A stretch of 63,734 bases of DNA, filler included, from Kipferlia bialata (lineage: Eukaryota), in the NCBI GenBank assembly GCA_003568945.1. It is 5 parts of 5 records of this genome, joined end to end, with 100 filler letters (N's around TTAATTAATTAA, not from the genome) between each part and the next. Parts side by side here need not be neighbours in the genome. Positions count along the whole stretch, not along the records: positions 28,981 to 43,362 come from BDIP01000825.1; positions 43,463 to 57,831 come from BDIP01000826.1; 3 more parts are not named here. The stretch is one strand, 5' to 3'. Of this stretch, positions 38,272 to 50,631 are shown piece by piece. Positions within the stretch are counted from its first letter, which is position 1; each line of letters opens with the position of its first letter. A program made the translations under genes and the position numbers. The notes under the pieces were generated by a model. The model did not search any database. It was not told the origin of the DNA and worked only from the letters and a program-made list of their open reading frames with translations.

Positions 38272-39950
38272 GTGTGTGTATATATACATACAGTAGTGTC
38301 AGATACTGATATCAGCGCCTCTATGAGCAGGGTCTTGCCTCTCTCTCTCTCTCTCTATATATATATGTGTGTAACTAACCGTAGCGCCTCTATGAGCAGG
38401 GCCTGGCCTCTCTGTCCAAGAGGGACTCTCTCTCTCTCTCTGTCTCTCAATATATATTCTTATATATATAACTAATACCAGCGTCTCTATGAGCAGGGCC
38501 TGGCNNNNNNNNNNNNNNNNNNNNNNNNNNNNNNNNNNNNNNTATGAGCAGGGCCTGGCCTCTCTGTCCAAGAGGGACTCTCTCTCTCTCTCTCTCTGTC
38601 TCTATATATATATGTGTGTATAACTAACCCTTAGCGCCTCTATGAGCAGGGCCTGGCCTCTCTGTCCAAGAGGGACGAACTATCTAGACGGAGGGAGATG
38701 GAGAGGTATGTATATATATTTCTTTATGTATGTATGTATAAATAGAGAGAGAGAGATAGAGAGACAGTAGACTAGCTCTCCAGACGGAGGGAGATGGAGA
38801 GGTATGGTTACACATGTATATATATATAGATGTATAGAGAGAGAGAGGGAGAGAGATATGAGCTGTCCAGACGGAGGGAGATGGAGAGGTATGTATACAC
38901 ATATGTATTTACATAGATATGTTCTTGTATGTTATTGAGAGCGAGAGATCAGTGGTGGACGCACTCTCTAGACGGAGGGAGATGGAGAGGTATGATGATG
39001 TGTTTGGGTTTAAGTATATGCGTATATATCAATACACAAGATATATGTATGTGTATATACATCTAGATTACTCTATATCATTCAAAGATTCTTCGATGTA
39101 TCTAACCCCCATCTATCTATATAAATAGTTGTTAAATAGTTGTTAAATAGTTATAAATAGTTGTCTGACTCTCAGGAGTGCACATGTATGTATTCACTCT
39201 CTATATTAATATGCTATTGTATGTATCTAACTCTTAGGGAGATGCAGCTGCAGGAGTGCACATTCACTATATATATATATATATATGTATATATATACAT
39301 ATTATAGTATGTATATATATATGTTCTATGTATGTATCTAACTCCCAGGGAGATGCAGCTGCAGGAGTGCACATTCACACCAGACACACAGCGGTCGAGG
39401 AGGAGGTATATATACACATATTATGTATACGCATCTATGTATATACTGGATATATATGTGTCCATATGTGTATACATTCACACCAGACACACGGCGGTCT
39501 CGGAGGAGTACTAATGTATATGTGGTGTATGTATATTGTATAATTGTATTTATTCATACATTTTTATATTCCCAGAAGGAGGTATGACGGAGAACTGTCA
39601 GTACCGATGTATCTTTGGATAGTCATACATATGTATATATATATTCCTTATTATTGTATAACCTCTTATCCTAGCCTGGCCTCCCTCCGCAGTCCAGTCT
39701 CTAGTGGCCATAGAGACCTATATACATTAGTATATGCTATATGCACTATATATACTATGATATATGGTCTTACCACAGTATGGCTTCTCTCCGCAGTCCA
39801 GTCTCTGGTGGCCACAGAGACAGAGAGAGAGAGAGAGACAGAGATATGGACTACAGTCAGTCCATGTCCCCCAGACCCATGTCACTGGCACAGCAGTTCA
39901 GAGACAGTAGGTATATATAATGTATATATATATAGTACATAGTATATATG

Positions 39951-39981
<31 letters not shown>

Positions 39982-40304
39982 TCCATGTCCCCCAGACCAA
40001 TGTCACTGGCACAGCAGTTCAGAGATAGTAGGTATATACACACTTTATGTATAGTATATTTGTATAGAGAGAGAGAGAGAGAAAGAGAAAGAGCTAATGT
40101 CCCCCCTGGCACAGCAGTTCAGAGATAGTAGGTTTGTAGAGATAGCGTAGTTCATATAGTGTATTATCTGCATATCTCACGACAGGTTCTCTCTCTCCCC
40201 CTCTCTCTACAACGTAGTATCTCTCTCTCTCTCTATACATCTCTGTCTCTTACTCCAGGTTCTCCCCCTCCATGCTGCAGACAGGCCCTGCCTACATAGT
40301 CAGG

Positions 40305-40347
<43 letters not shown>

Positions 40348-41426
40348 ACACACACTTGTACTGTTTGCTAATAGCCAGCCCCGGAGAGAGGGACAGGGAG
40401 AGAGAGAGAGACAGGGAGAGAGACGTGGAGAGAGAGAGAGAGAGACAGTGGCAGCTCCAGGCTGCTCTTGAGTACCCTTCCCCTCTCCAAGGTTTGAAAG
40501 ACCCTTATTCACCCTCTCTACACCCTTATACCCCCCCTCTATTAATACCCAGCCTCCCAGCTAGGCCCTCGGTCCCCGCTGTCATACTCCACTGGACCAG
40601 CAGGTATAGAGTAGTATCATTACCTACACTATTAGAATATTTAATAATTTCTATATACTATGCTATTGTGAATACTGTACCCTCTCATACTCCACTGGAC
40701 CAGGAGGTATAGAGATATATGAGTGTGTATATATAGTATTTCTGATACCCAGGCTCCGGAGTTGGCAGTCCCTATGGCAGCACCTATGGGAGGGAGAGAG
40801 AGGCAGAGAGGGAGAGGGAGAGGGAGAGGGAGACTGACCCGGACAGTATAGAGGGCCTGTGCTCACTGGTGTCCAGCCTCAGTGGCACATTGGTACCCAG
40901 CAGGTATGTATATATATACATGTATGTAATAGGACATATACTGGATATTCCCTCTGAGAATATTCTGAGAGTATTATTCAGATGCTTGTTCTTGTTTGCT
41001 GCCCCCTTATGCCTCAGGAGCAGAAGCATGCAGGGATCCCCCAGCTATGCCACAGACAGCCACATGGAGTACTCTCCTCACACCCTACGCTCTCCCCCCT
41101 CTAGCGCCGCCTTTGGGTTCTCGTACAGTAAGGGTGTAGAGGGAGAGAGAGAGAGAGTGTGTGTGGACAGGCCAGAGTCTGCTGAGAGGGTGAGACCAGT
41201 CCCCTCTCCCGCTGTAGTGCCTTTAGTTAAGGGTGTAGAGGGAGAGAGAGAGAGAGAGTCTGCTAATTCCCCCCTTGAAGGCATAGCCCTAGAGCCAGTG
41301 GCTGAGATTGAGGGTGTAGAGTGTGGAAAGGTAGACCCAGAGACAGAGAGAGAGAGAGAGAGGATGGAGACCCTTAAGGCCAATCTGGAGAGGGAGAGAG
41401 AGCTCGAGAGAGAGCTGGGCCTCTAG
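31357..41426 (+). CDS. Large low-complexity protein with CTFxP and RLY repeats (putative cytoskeletal/microtubule-associated)
   Basis: Starts MTETVPVEGQPTLTP. Exons encode SLYDKGVSLRKKRE (32575), VHDRLYRLG (34718), QCTFSPTIN (34990), TCTFTPML (36335), RLYEQG (38635) and QECTFTPDT (39360). Last exon 41018-41426 ends ERELGL*. Confidence 0.75.
38107..38990 (+). repeat. Array of exon-start copies (acceptor + RLYEQGLA) and exon-end copies (LSRRREMER + GT) around exon 38635-38705
   Basis: AG-CG(C/T)CTCTATGAGCAGGG near 38107, 38206, 38315, 38385, 38481 and 38543. AGACGGAGGGAGATGGAGAG-GT ends near 38705, 38801, 38888 and 38989. Confidence 0.92.
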
Positions 41427-41981
41427 AGACTTGGAGATACTATACTATGAGGCCTTCGTCTTAGTGCCTCTATAGTATAGGGCAGAGGGAGGGAGAGAGA
41501 GAGAGAGAGAGTCAGAGGGAGTGGATGCGGCCACTATGTCCTACTAGTCCCAGTGCCTATATAGTGTATGACTTAAGAATATGGGTCTAGTGGTTGCAGG
41601 GTAGTTTGGAGAACGTTCAGTCGGACAGGGATCTTTTTAGGGGGTCCCCATATATGTATTCATAGATTTTCAGTGTGAGTGCTGCAGGTTACATGCCAAT
41701 ATTCATGTGTCTAACGTAACGTTAGTAACGTTGAATGTGAGCAAGATTCGGATTTTCCCTGAAACCTCACCGGATTCTCGGAGAGACCATTCTCGCTGAA
41801 TACTTGCCCTTCAAGCAGTCCGCCACGCTCACCTGACACCTAATAGCCTGTCACCCACCTGCTTTTGGTGTCTGTGTTGCTAATTACTGCATCTGGGCTG
41901 GCTTTTACGTCAGATACCGTGCTGACCACTCCAATCCGATCTCTACCTGCTCCTACTGCCTCTCCTGGCTGTTTGTAAAGT

Positions 41982-42338
41982 ATGGGAGACGCTGTGTCTA
42001 ACGAGGCTGGTGTGGGAATGCATCCCCACGGGGATATGGGCACGCACGTGCCCCAGGAGCTGTCTGGACTTGACGTCACACCTGTGACTGCCTCTCTGGC
42101 CTCCTCTGAGAGAGAGAGAGAGAGAGAGAGCTATCTGGGTGACATGGGTGAGGAGGGTGTGTGTGGGGTGGATGGGTTAGATGCCCTGGAGGGACTGGGG
42201 GGACTGGAGGGTGACTCCCTTGCCCTGAGCCCCAGTCAGTCCCCAACCCCTCTCTCCCCATCCAGTCTCGCATATGAGGAGGAGGGGTATCTGGAGAGAC
42301 CAGCTGAGGCAGACGCTGAGGTATGTATGTATGTTGTA

Positions 42339-42424
<86 letters not shown>

Positions 42425-43237
42425 CTGAGGCAGACGCTGAGGTACGAGGATATGGATCCATGGCAGTATTATGTATCTCCCTTCTTCTGCCCCCCCCCCC
42501 TTCCTCTTAAGTAATATAGTAAACTAGGATGAGAAGAACTCGGACTTATATACTGTCCAACCCCCAGTACCCAGATGAGGACGAGAGAGATAGAGAGAGG
42601 GATGCTGTGGATGATGCCTATGCAGGTGCCCAGGCCGTGGCTGGGTTCTTTGGGGAACCATCAGATAGAGTACGATATTATTGTATCTAAATTGCTCTCT
42701 CTATATGTATATCTCACAGCCGTGGCTGGGTTCTTTGGGGAGCCAAGTGATAAGGTATGGATAGTATAGTATATGAATCACCCCCCTCTATCTCTCTCTC
42801 TCTCTCTCTCCCACTCAGACTAAGCTGATGCCAAAGTCCTTACACTCAACTCGCTCTCTCGCTCTCCCCCCTCTATATAGATATATGTATATATAGCTTG
42901 TCCTATAGGCCGACGCCGAAGAGTTATCGGCCCCTTGCCACTGTGTATGAGACTCTCTCTCTCTCTCTCTCTCTCTCCCCCCCCCCCTCTCTGTATAGAT
43001 ATACGTATACACATCTTACCCCAGGCCGATGCAGAGGTGCTGCGTTCCCTAGCCACTGTGTATGAGGATCTCTCTCTCTATCTCTCTCCCCCTCTCTAAT
43101 ACTAGGCTGATGCTGAGGTCCTTAGGTCCCTGGCCACTGTGTATGAGGGCATAGTCAGCACAGTCACAGAGGGCGGGGAGGGGGAGGGGGAGAGAGAGAG
43201 AGACGTGCTGGACAGGGTGGACCAGCTCTGTGTGCAG
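41982..43237 (+). CDS. Unknown acidic protein, 3'-truncated
   Basis: ATG at 41982. Exon 41982-42320, then DEDERDRERDAVDDAYAG..GFFGEPSD and ADAEVLRSLATVYEG...DRVDQLCVQ (43106-43237). Confidence 0.65.
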
Positions 43238-43362
43238 GTATACATACTATATATCCACTATGTTAATTTACTGATATATACTAAGTGCACCAGATATATG
43301 TATTATTTATATATGTGTATTATTTATATATGTGTATTATTTATATATATGTATTATTTATA

Positions 43363-43462
43363 NNNNNNNNNNNNNNNNNNNNNNNNNNNNNNNNNNNNNN
43401 NNNNNNTTAATTAATTAANNNNNNNNNNNNNNNNNNNNNNNNNNNNNNNNNNNNNNNNNNNN
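43363..43462. other. Artificial scaffold-joining linker
   Basis: 44 N + TTAATTAATTAA + 44 N. Confidence 0.99.
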
Positions 43463-43512
<50 letters not shown>

Positions 43513-43575
43513 GTTACCCTTTGAGAGACGGAACATATATCTACCCTCCCGCTCATCAATCCACTGATATCCCGT

Positions 43576-43732
43576 CTATTGGATCTTGAGGACCTCAATC
43601 TCGAACACCAGGGCTGCCTTGGGGGGGATGCTGAACCCGGGGTGGCCGGCAGCACCGTAGGCAGCCTGAGGGTGAGAGGGGTTCATCAAGGTAACAAGTA
43701 TATTATCCACTCCACAGTTATGGTGAGCTTGA

Positions 43733-43765
<33 letters not shown>

Positions 43766-44297
43766 ATGATACCTGCCAGGGGATGGCCAGCCTGGCCCTC
43801 TCCCCGAGCTGCATGGTGGCCACTCCCTCGTCCCACCCCTTGATGACACCACCCACACCGGCCTGGTAGGTGAAGGGCTGGGGGCCGTTCTCGGCTGAGA
43901 AGAGGAACCCACTGGGCTTGTGAGTGGACCAGATTGCCTGCTTGTCAGTATCATCAGTGCCAAAACATACCATCACTATCAGTATATAGATATATCCCAT
44001 AAATGCATATACCTCTAAATATACATTATCTGTGGATCAGCTAGCAGTGTTATCAGAGGATAACAATCAGTGTCAGCATCAGCACACAATATATACAGAA
44101 TAATAGTATATAATAGGTATTTAATAGGTATATATGTATTTGGATATGAATATGTATATGTATCTGAATATGTATCAGAATATGTATACCTTGTTGTTCT
44201 CGGCAAGGTAGAGGTCCGCGGCCACAGTCACGGTGCTGCCCCTGGAGGGACAGGCGCCGGAGCCAGCCTTGAGGACAGTCTTGGTGAAGGAGGCCAT
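43576..44297 (-). CDS. FKBP12: FKBP-type peptidyl-prolyl cis-trans isomerase (FKBP12-like), 3 exons, 120 aa
   Basis: Exons 44297-44190, 43937-43773 and 43665-43576, all phase 0: MASFTKTVLKAGSGACPSRGSTVTV...AIWSTH...QPFTYQAGVGGVIKGWDEGVATMQLGERARLAIPWQAAYGAAGHPGFSIPPKAALVFEIEVLKIQ*. Confidence 0.95.
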
Positions 44298-44585
44298 TGG
44301 GTAGTCAAGAGAGAGGGGAGATGCGTCAGAGACAAGGTAATTGAAACAGTAAATTAGACCTAGAAGAACTTAGTTAAGTTTGAACGCAGACCGTTTTACG
44401 ATTTCATCGTTATCGCGTAGACTGTCTACATATATACTGCCAAGTTGAGATTACTAACCATGTAGTAGCAATTAATAGTGATAAGGAAGCGAGGAGAAAG
44501 TAACTCAGACACAGACGGAATCTATTACGTATTGTGTGAAAGCTTTGCACTCGAACAAAATTGAGACTACAGCACTGCCTCTCCC

Positions 44586-47500
44586 TCAGAGGTATGGGTT
44601 GCGGAGCGATGTGATGTACCCCCTCTCTGTCCTGGGCCAGGTGTACATGACGGGCATATCACTCCTGACTATGCACACATTGGGGTCACCCACTACACTG
44701 TGCAGGGAGAGGTGGGGGAGCACAAAGTCAGGCTCCAGCATGGTCTGGGGTGAGATATATGGGAATTGACAATATATAGTATACTTGTGGTATGTAATGG
44801 GTACCTGAGCGATGTGTGATCTGAACACTCCTCTGTACAGTACATTGGTAGTCTCTAATGGTCCCAGGCCACTGTCCTTGGAGGCAGTGGGGGTGGAGGG
44901 GGGCTGGTCCTCAGCCTCAGGGGGTGGGACACGCTGAGACCTAGATATCAGTTGAAGTAAAAGATACATAATACTTACATCTATAAATGTAGACACCTGA
45001 CTGCTGATATGAGCACGTTGACCCCCTTGAGCAGTGCCAGTCCTATGGGGTCTGGGGGGATGGAGAAGGGCCTCCCCTGGTATGCGTCCAGTCCACCCTG
45101 GGCATGGACAGGGTCAGAGGGCAGCATGGGGACAGCACTCGTGATGCACAGGGGACCCAGACCGGTCTGGCAGCCCTCACCTACAAGCATGGACCCTGAC
45201 ATGAGGAATATGAACGGTCACTAGTAAGAGTATCATGAGATTGTGTACCTAGCGGGTATGGGTTGAGATCCCCTGTCTGTGTCTGCCTGATGTCAAACAG
45301 ACACACACGCCCATCGGAGCCACCTGAGGGTGTGAGGGGATATGTATATACACAAACAGGAAGAAAATAACCCCATTAGCGAGGCTCATGGACATGGATA
45401 GGTGAGAGAGTACCTGTGATGAATGAGCCGCTCTGACTGGGCACCCCATGGCAGCATGTGGCCACACCCTTATGGGCACCGAAGTACAGGACAGGGCCAG
45501 AAGTGACTCTGGGGGGTGAGAGGAGAAGGAGACAACCACACAGATACTAACACCGTGCTTATGAGACTGTATCCACCCACCGTCTGTCCAGTACTGCCAG
45601 CACTGCCACCAACGCTGAACATATATATATGTGTACCACCCACCTTCTGTCTAGCACTGCCACCCCCCCATTTCTGAGTGTGGCCACTGTGCAGTGAGGG
45701 AGGGTGTCACCCAGGGGACAGAGGGCAGTGGCTGCATCGGGGAGGGGTGTCTTGCCGGACAGTGCTGTCTGCATCGGGGTGGATGCCTCACTGCCATCTG
45801 CACCGAAGGAGAGGTAGGACACACCACAGGATACGGTGCTGCTCACTGTGCCCTGGCCCCTGCCCTGCCGGGGGTGTCTGTCCCTGGGGTAAGAAAGGCG
45901 TCATTGTATACGCGAAATATATGTACTCATATACAATCAGAAACACCAAACACTAGTAAACACTTACACAAATTGCCCCCCATATATGAATATAACTGTT
46001 GAATACCTGCGATTGGAGCCCCTGCCCCTGCCGGACTTAACAACCTGACAGTCAGAGAGAGAGATTGACAGAACGACAGCCAGAGATATACACCCCCTTA
46101 CCCGTGTCCTCTGTATCCCTCCTGCCACTGCGTACACCATGCCCTCCCCCTGTATCCCACTGGGAGATAGGGGTGCCACCGCTGTCAGGGCCTGTGTGTC
46201 CGGCATGATGTGCTGGCCCAGCACATCCATCCCAGGTGGGGTGGACCCCGCTGCCCCAGTGGTGTCAGAGGGGGGTGTATCAGACCCAGAGTGGGACTGG
46301 TACACAACCAGGCCGCACCGGGAGGATGAACCCCCGTGCCCCTTCCCCTTCTCCCTCAGGGGACCACCCACCACACTGTACATACTAGTAGTGCCTGTGC
46401 CATAGGGCATGGCCTTGCCACTCGGGTGGGGGAGAGGGGGGTGGGTGACGACATGCCCTGACAGGACAGAGGGCGTCATGGAAGAGAGGGGGGTGGGGAG
46501 GCGGGAGAGCCTGGGGGCGGGAAGGGTACCCGGGGTACTGTTTTGGGTGGGAAGGGCGGCCTTCTGGTGGAAGACAGTGCCACTGGGGTTAGGGTCAGTA
46601 TATATGATGTGGTACTGAGGTCTATGTACACCTCCATACCCTGATATGCATATGGCGCTGCTTGTACTGGGTGCCACCAGCCACGACTGCTGGGCTGCCC
46701 CTGCACCCCCGATCAAGGCTGGGTGGAAGGGGGTGTCGCGGAACAGAACGTGCTCAGACCTAGGAGTGAGAGTATTTACATACCAAAGAACACTAGCTAA
46801 ACAATAGGATATGCATATATATGGATCTAGTATGAGAGGGCACTCACATGATGGTCTTGAGGGGTGCCCTTGGTGGCTGGCACACCGGGGTACGTGCCGA
46901 GGGTGTGCCTGCTGAGGACTGGCCCTGGTTGGACCAGGCCCACTCCTCCCTCCTGGGCGCCCTGCCCCTCCCACTCCCTCTCTCCCTGCCTACATTAGTC
47001 TCCGCCTGCTTCTTCAGTGCCTGGTGCAGCCTCCGTGTCCTGTACTGCATGTCTGACTCATGCACTATCGACAGGTCCGTGGCTGAGAGGGGTGTGGTTG
47101 TGACAGGTGTGCATGTGGAGCCTGGTCCCATGTGGGTGCTGCGTCTGATGGGTATGGACTCAAGAGCAGTGTCCTGGAGGGCAGCCCTGGCGTTCTCCAG
47201 CAGCTCCTCCTCATCGTCTGATGCAACGCAGGGCAGGTCGAGGAGGGAATCATCTGTGTACTGGTCACCCATCTCATCACTCACAGCCTCAGGGCCAGAG
47301 GGGCACATGGTGGCTATAGGTGATGTATCTGTGGAAGGGGTGGTCTCTGCCTGCACTGGGATGGTCTCTGCACCTTGAGTGCCAGGCACAGACCCAGCCT
47401 CAGTCCCAGCATGGGTGGGTAGGGATGGTACAGCAGTCTCTACACCCTCAGTGATTGGTGCAGTCTCCCTGACTGCCTCAGTCTCAGTAGAGCACACTGT

Positions 47501-50260
47501 CTCTGGCTCAACCTTCTCAGTCTCCCCCACCTCACCACTGACGCCACCCTCAGCCACATCACACACATCAGGGGAAGATGATGTGTCCATACCTGCACTC
47601 TCAGTCAGAAGGGCAGCAGGCTCTGCATCTGCCGCCTTATTATCCTCTCTCTCCCTCTCAGTGAGTGCATCGGCATCTGACACGACACCAGTGGAGAGGG
47701 GGGTAGGGACAGGAGCTGAGACGGCCTCAGTGCTAACACCCAGTCCAGGGGGCACATCTGCCTCAGCCTCTCCATCTGCATCTACCTCTCCTACTGTCTC
47801 TGTGGGTGATACCACTGCCTGTCCCAGACCAGGGGGCACATCGGCATCATCGGCACCCCCAGTCACCGGAGGAGCAGCTGGAGTGGCAGTGACCTCTGTA
47901 GTGGTAGTGGCCACGTCAGGTGTCTCCCCCCATGCCCAAGTGTCTCCATCCTTGGCCACCCTCTCAGCTGGCACTCCCTTGGCCATGCCCTCAGCCGCTA
48001 TCTCTGCAATCTTCTTGGGTGCATTACACATGGGTCTGCTTCCCTTCATCACGGCTGTCGGCATTGTCAGACCACCACTCTCATCCTCACTGGTATCAGC
48101 GACCATCCCGTAGTACTTGGCCCTCGCCCTCTCCCGCCCACTCAGCTGCTTGGACCGTATGCTGTGAATGCTGGGGTTCAGGGTGAAGCCCCGCTCGGCT
48201 ATCAGTCTGAGACGGGTGGTGAGGGAGGACGTGGCTGCAGGGTCTGTGCCAGAGGCAGAGGGTGCAGGGGAGGGTGGGACAGTGGGTGAGGGGGTGGACA
48301 TGGGGGCAGAGGGGGGAGACTCAGAGGCAGGGCACAGCTCCACACCCTCACTGCTAGGAGTGACGGTAACCTCAGTGCTCTCAGTGCTAAAACTGGGGCT
48401 GTCTGAGGAGTCCACGTCCGGAGAGGGATCCTCTGTCTCCACTGCTACCTTCTCTCCCTCCCCCTCCCTATCTGCAAAGACTGAGGCAGAGGGAGGTGGG
48501 GCTGCCACCCCCCGCTCCACACCCAGGCTCTGGTACAGCCACTCGATGACACAGGGGTCTAGGACAACCCCCGTCCACACATCATTCACCCTCTCCACCC
48601 TCTCTCCCTCTGTAGGTACTGGCTCTACCCTGCCTGCAGTGTCAACAGCACCATACCTGGGGTGGGGGGGGGGGGGGTTATAGACAGAGAGAATACATAG
48701 GTAGAAGATATCCTGTCAAATAGAGGATGAGAGCAACAATACTAGGCCTATACATAAAAACACTGATGCACTATACCTGCACTGTGCGGCCTCTGCTGCC
48801 TGGCACAGCTCCCTCTCATATATANNNNNNNNNNNNNNNNNNNNNNNNNNNNNNNNNNNNNNNNNNCCTCTCATATATAACAGTGTTCACATTCATATAT
48901 GCATGTATGTATACTATACTAACCTGCACTGTGCGGCCTCTGCTGCCTGGCACAGCTCTCTCTCATATATATCAGCGTTCATATATATACACATACGTAT
49001 ATTATATACAAAACTATACCTGCACTGTGCTGCCTCAGCTGCCTGGCACAGCTCTCTCTCGTCAAAGTGCTGGGACGGGGAGAGAGACCGGATGTACTGG
49101 GTATTCAGATCAGGCCCTACTCCTAGGGTCAGAGGGATTATGGCTTATAGTAGCACTGAAGTATCTCAATCAATACTAATTGATGTATATATATATCCCC
49201 CCGTACCTGTGTCATACATTGCCCTGAGCAGTATGAGCCCTGCCCTCTCATGACTGACACTGGAGAGCAGGTTGTACACGACTAGCAGGAGGAGGGTGGG
49301 GGAGAGAGAGGCATTGCCAATCACGTGGGTGGGGGGGTCCGCCATGACCTGGGGATGAGTGGAGTATATAGGGTAGAGTATACATGTATGCATGTACATA
49401 CCCTGACTATCCCACACAGCACTGCACTGGTCCCTGCTGTCCTGAGTATGCCAGCTGTGTCCCAGGCAGTGGGGGTCACAGAGGTGAACATGTCCCTGGG
49501 AGGTGAGAGGGTAGGGGGGAGAGAGAGAGAGAGAGAGAGATAGTATCACAGAGGGGAGGGAGGGAGGGGGTGGGCACTGACCTGAGCGCATGGCTGAACA
49601 ATGAGTGGGACATGTTGATCCTGAGCATGTGGGCCAGGGTGTCCATGAACACAGACAGGGGGGCCTGGGGGTGAGTGACAATGCAAGGGTCAGAATACAC
49701 CAAAAGATACAACAGGATAGAAATATGCGGTGAAGGGGGGGGGGGGGTTGGTGTGTACATCAAGCACCAAATCTGTGACTCAATTCAGAGCCACCCTCTC
49801 CATAAGTGCATATATAACCATACACCCATGCATGGGACCATACCTCTGTGGCCAGTGACACCAGGAATGGCAGTGCCGCCCTTGCAGCCTGGGGACACTC
49901 GTCAGAGGGGGAGGAGTGCGTGGTGGCTCTGAAGAGTCCATCGTACAGCACAGCACGTGTGGCACCAGTCGCTCTAACACCAGTCTCACCCTCACCCGCC
50001 CTCTCTCTCTCCCTCCCAACCTCCTCCACAAGAGTATGAGTATCACCCCCCATGGGGCTGTCCCTCTGCTCCACCTCAGCAGTGCCACTCTCCCTAGCCC
50101 CTAGAGACACCCCCTCCAGCCCCTCTAGATGTCTCTCCAGATGCGGAATGGGAGATGAGGCAACACCACCTGCCCCACTGGGTACGTCTCTGTCTCTGTC
50201 TGTGTCTGAGGGACTACAACCTTCCCTCTTCTCCTTCCCCCCTTGCTGCTCACCCTTCAT
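44586..50260 (-). CDS. Large unknown protein: helical N-terminal part, long disordered middle, possible degenerate beta-propeller C-terminus
   Basis: ATG at 50260, spliceable exons including a 1.8-kb exon (46848-48656), stop at 44586 (SLRNPYL*). C-terminal beta-rich blocks such as LTAVAPL..VYAVAGG and ATALCPL..VATLRNGGVAVLDRR look WD40-like (weak). Confidence 0.65.
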
Positions 50261-50631
50261 CGAGAGCAGCCCCTAGTCAGTCGCCTCGGCCTTTCGAAGC
50301 TGCACTACTAATGCCGCAAAGTATGGAGTGTGCTGCAACCTCAGTCTGATAGGGTCAAAGTGCAGTGTGTGTGTTGTTAAGTTACAGACGGTCTTCTTGG
50401 TGCTCTGACTCTCTTGCAATGTGCACTGCTCACTCTGCTCCGCTTGAGGCACACGAAGAAGGGCCGGTGGGAATGGTCTGGGAGAATGAAGATCCGAGTG
50501 GGAATCGAACCCATGTCAACAGGTTTTTGAATCTGCTCCTTCTCACAACACAATACACTAGAATATGATTCCCCACTATAAACACGGTATTTCCGAGTCT
50601 ATTGAACTAGCGTCACATTGTCTTCTCCTTC

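Noticed and set aside
46848..48683. Long plus-strand ORFs (176, 244 and 171 aa)
   Set aside because: Antisense shadows of the GC-rich 1.8-kb minus-strand exon.
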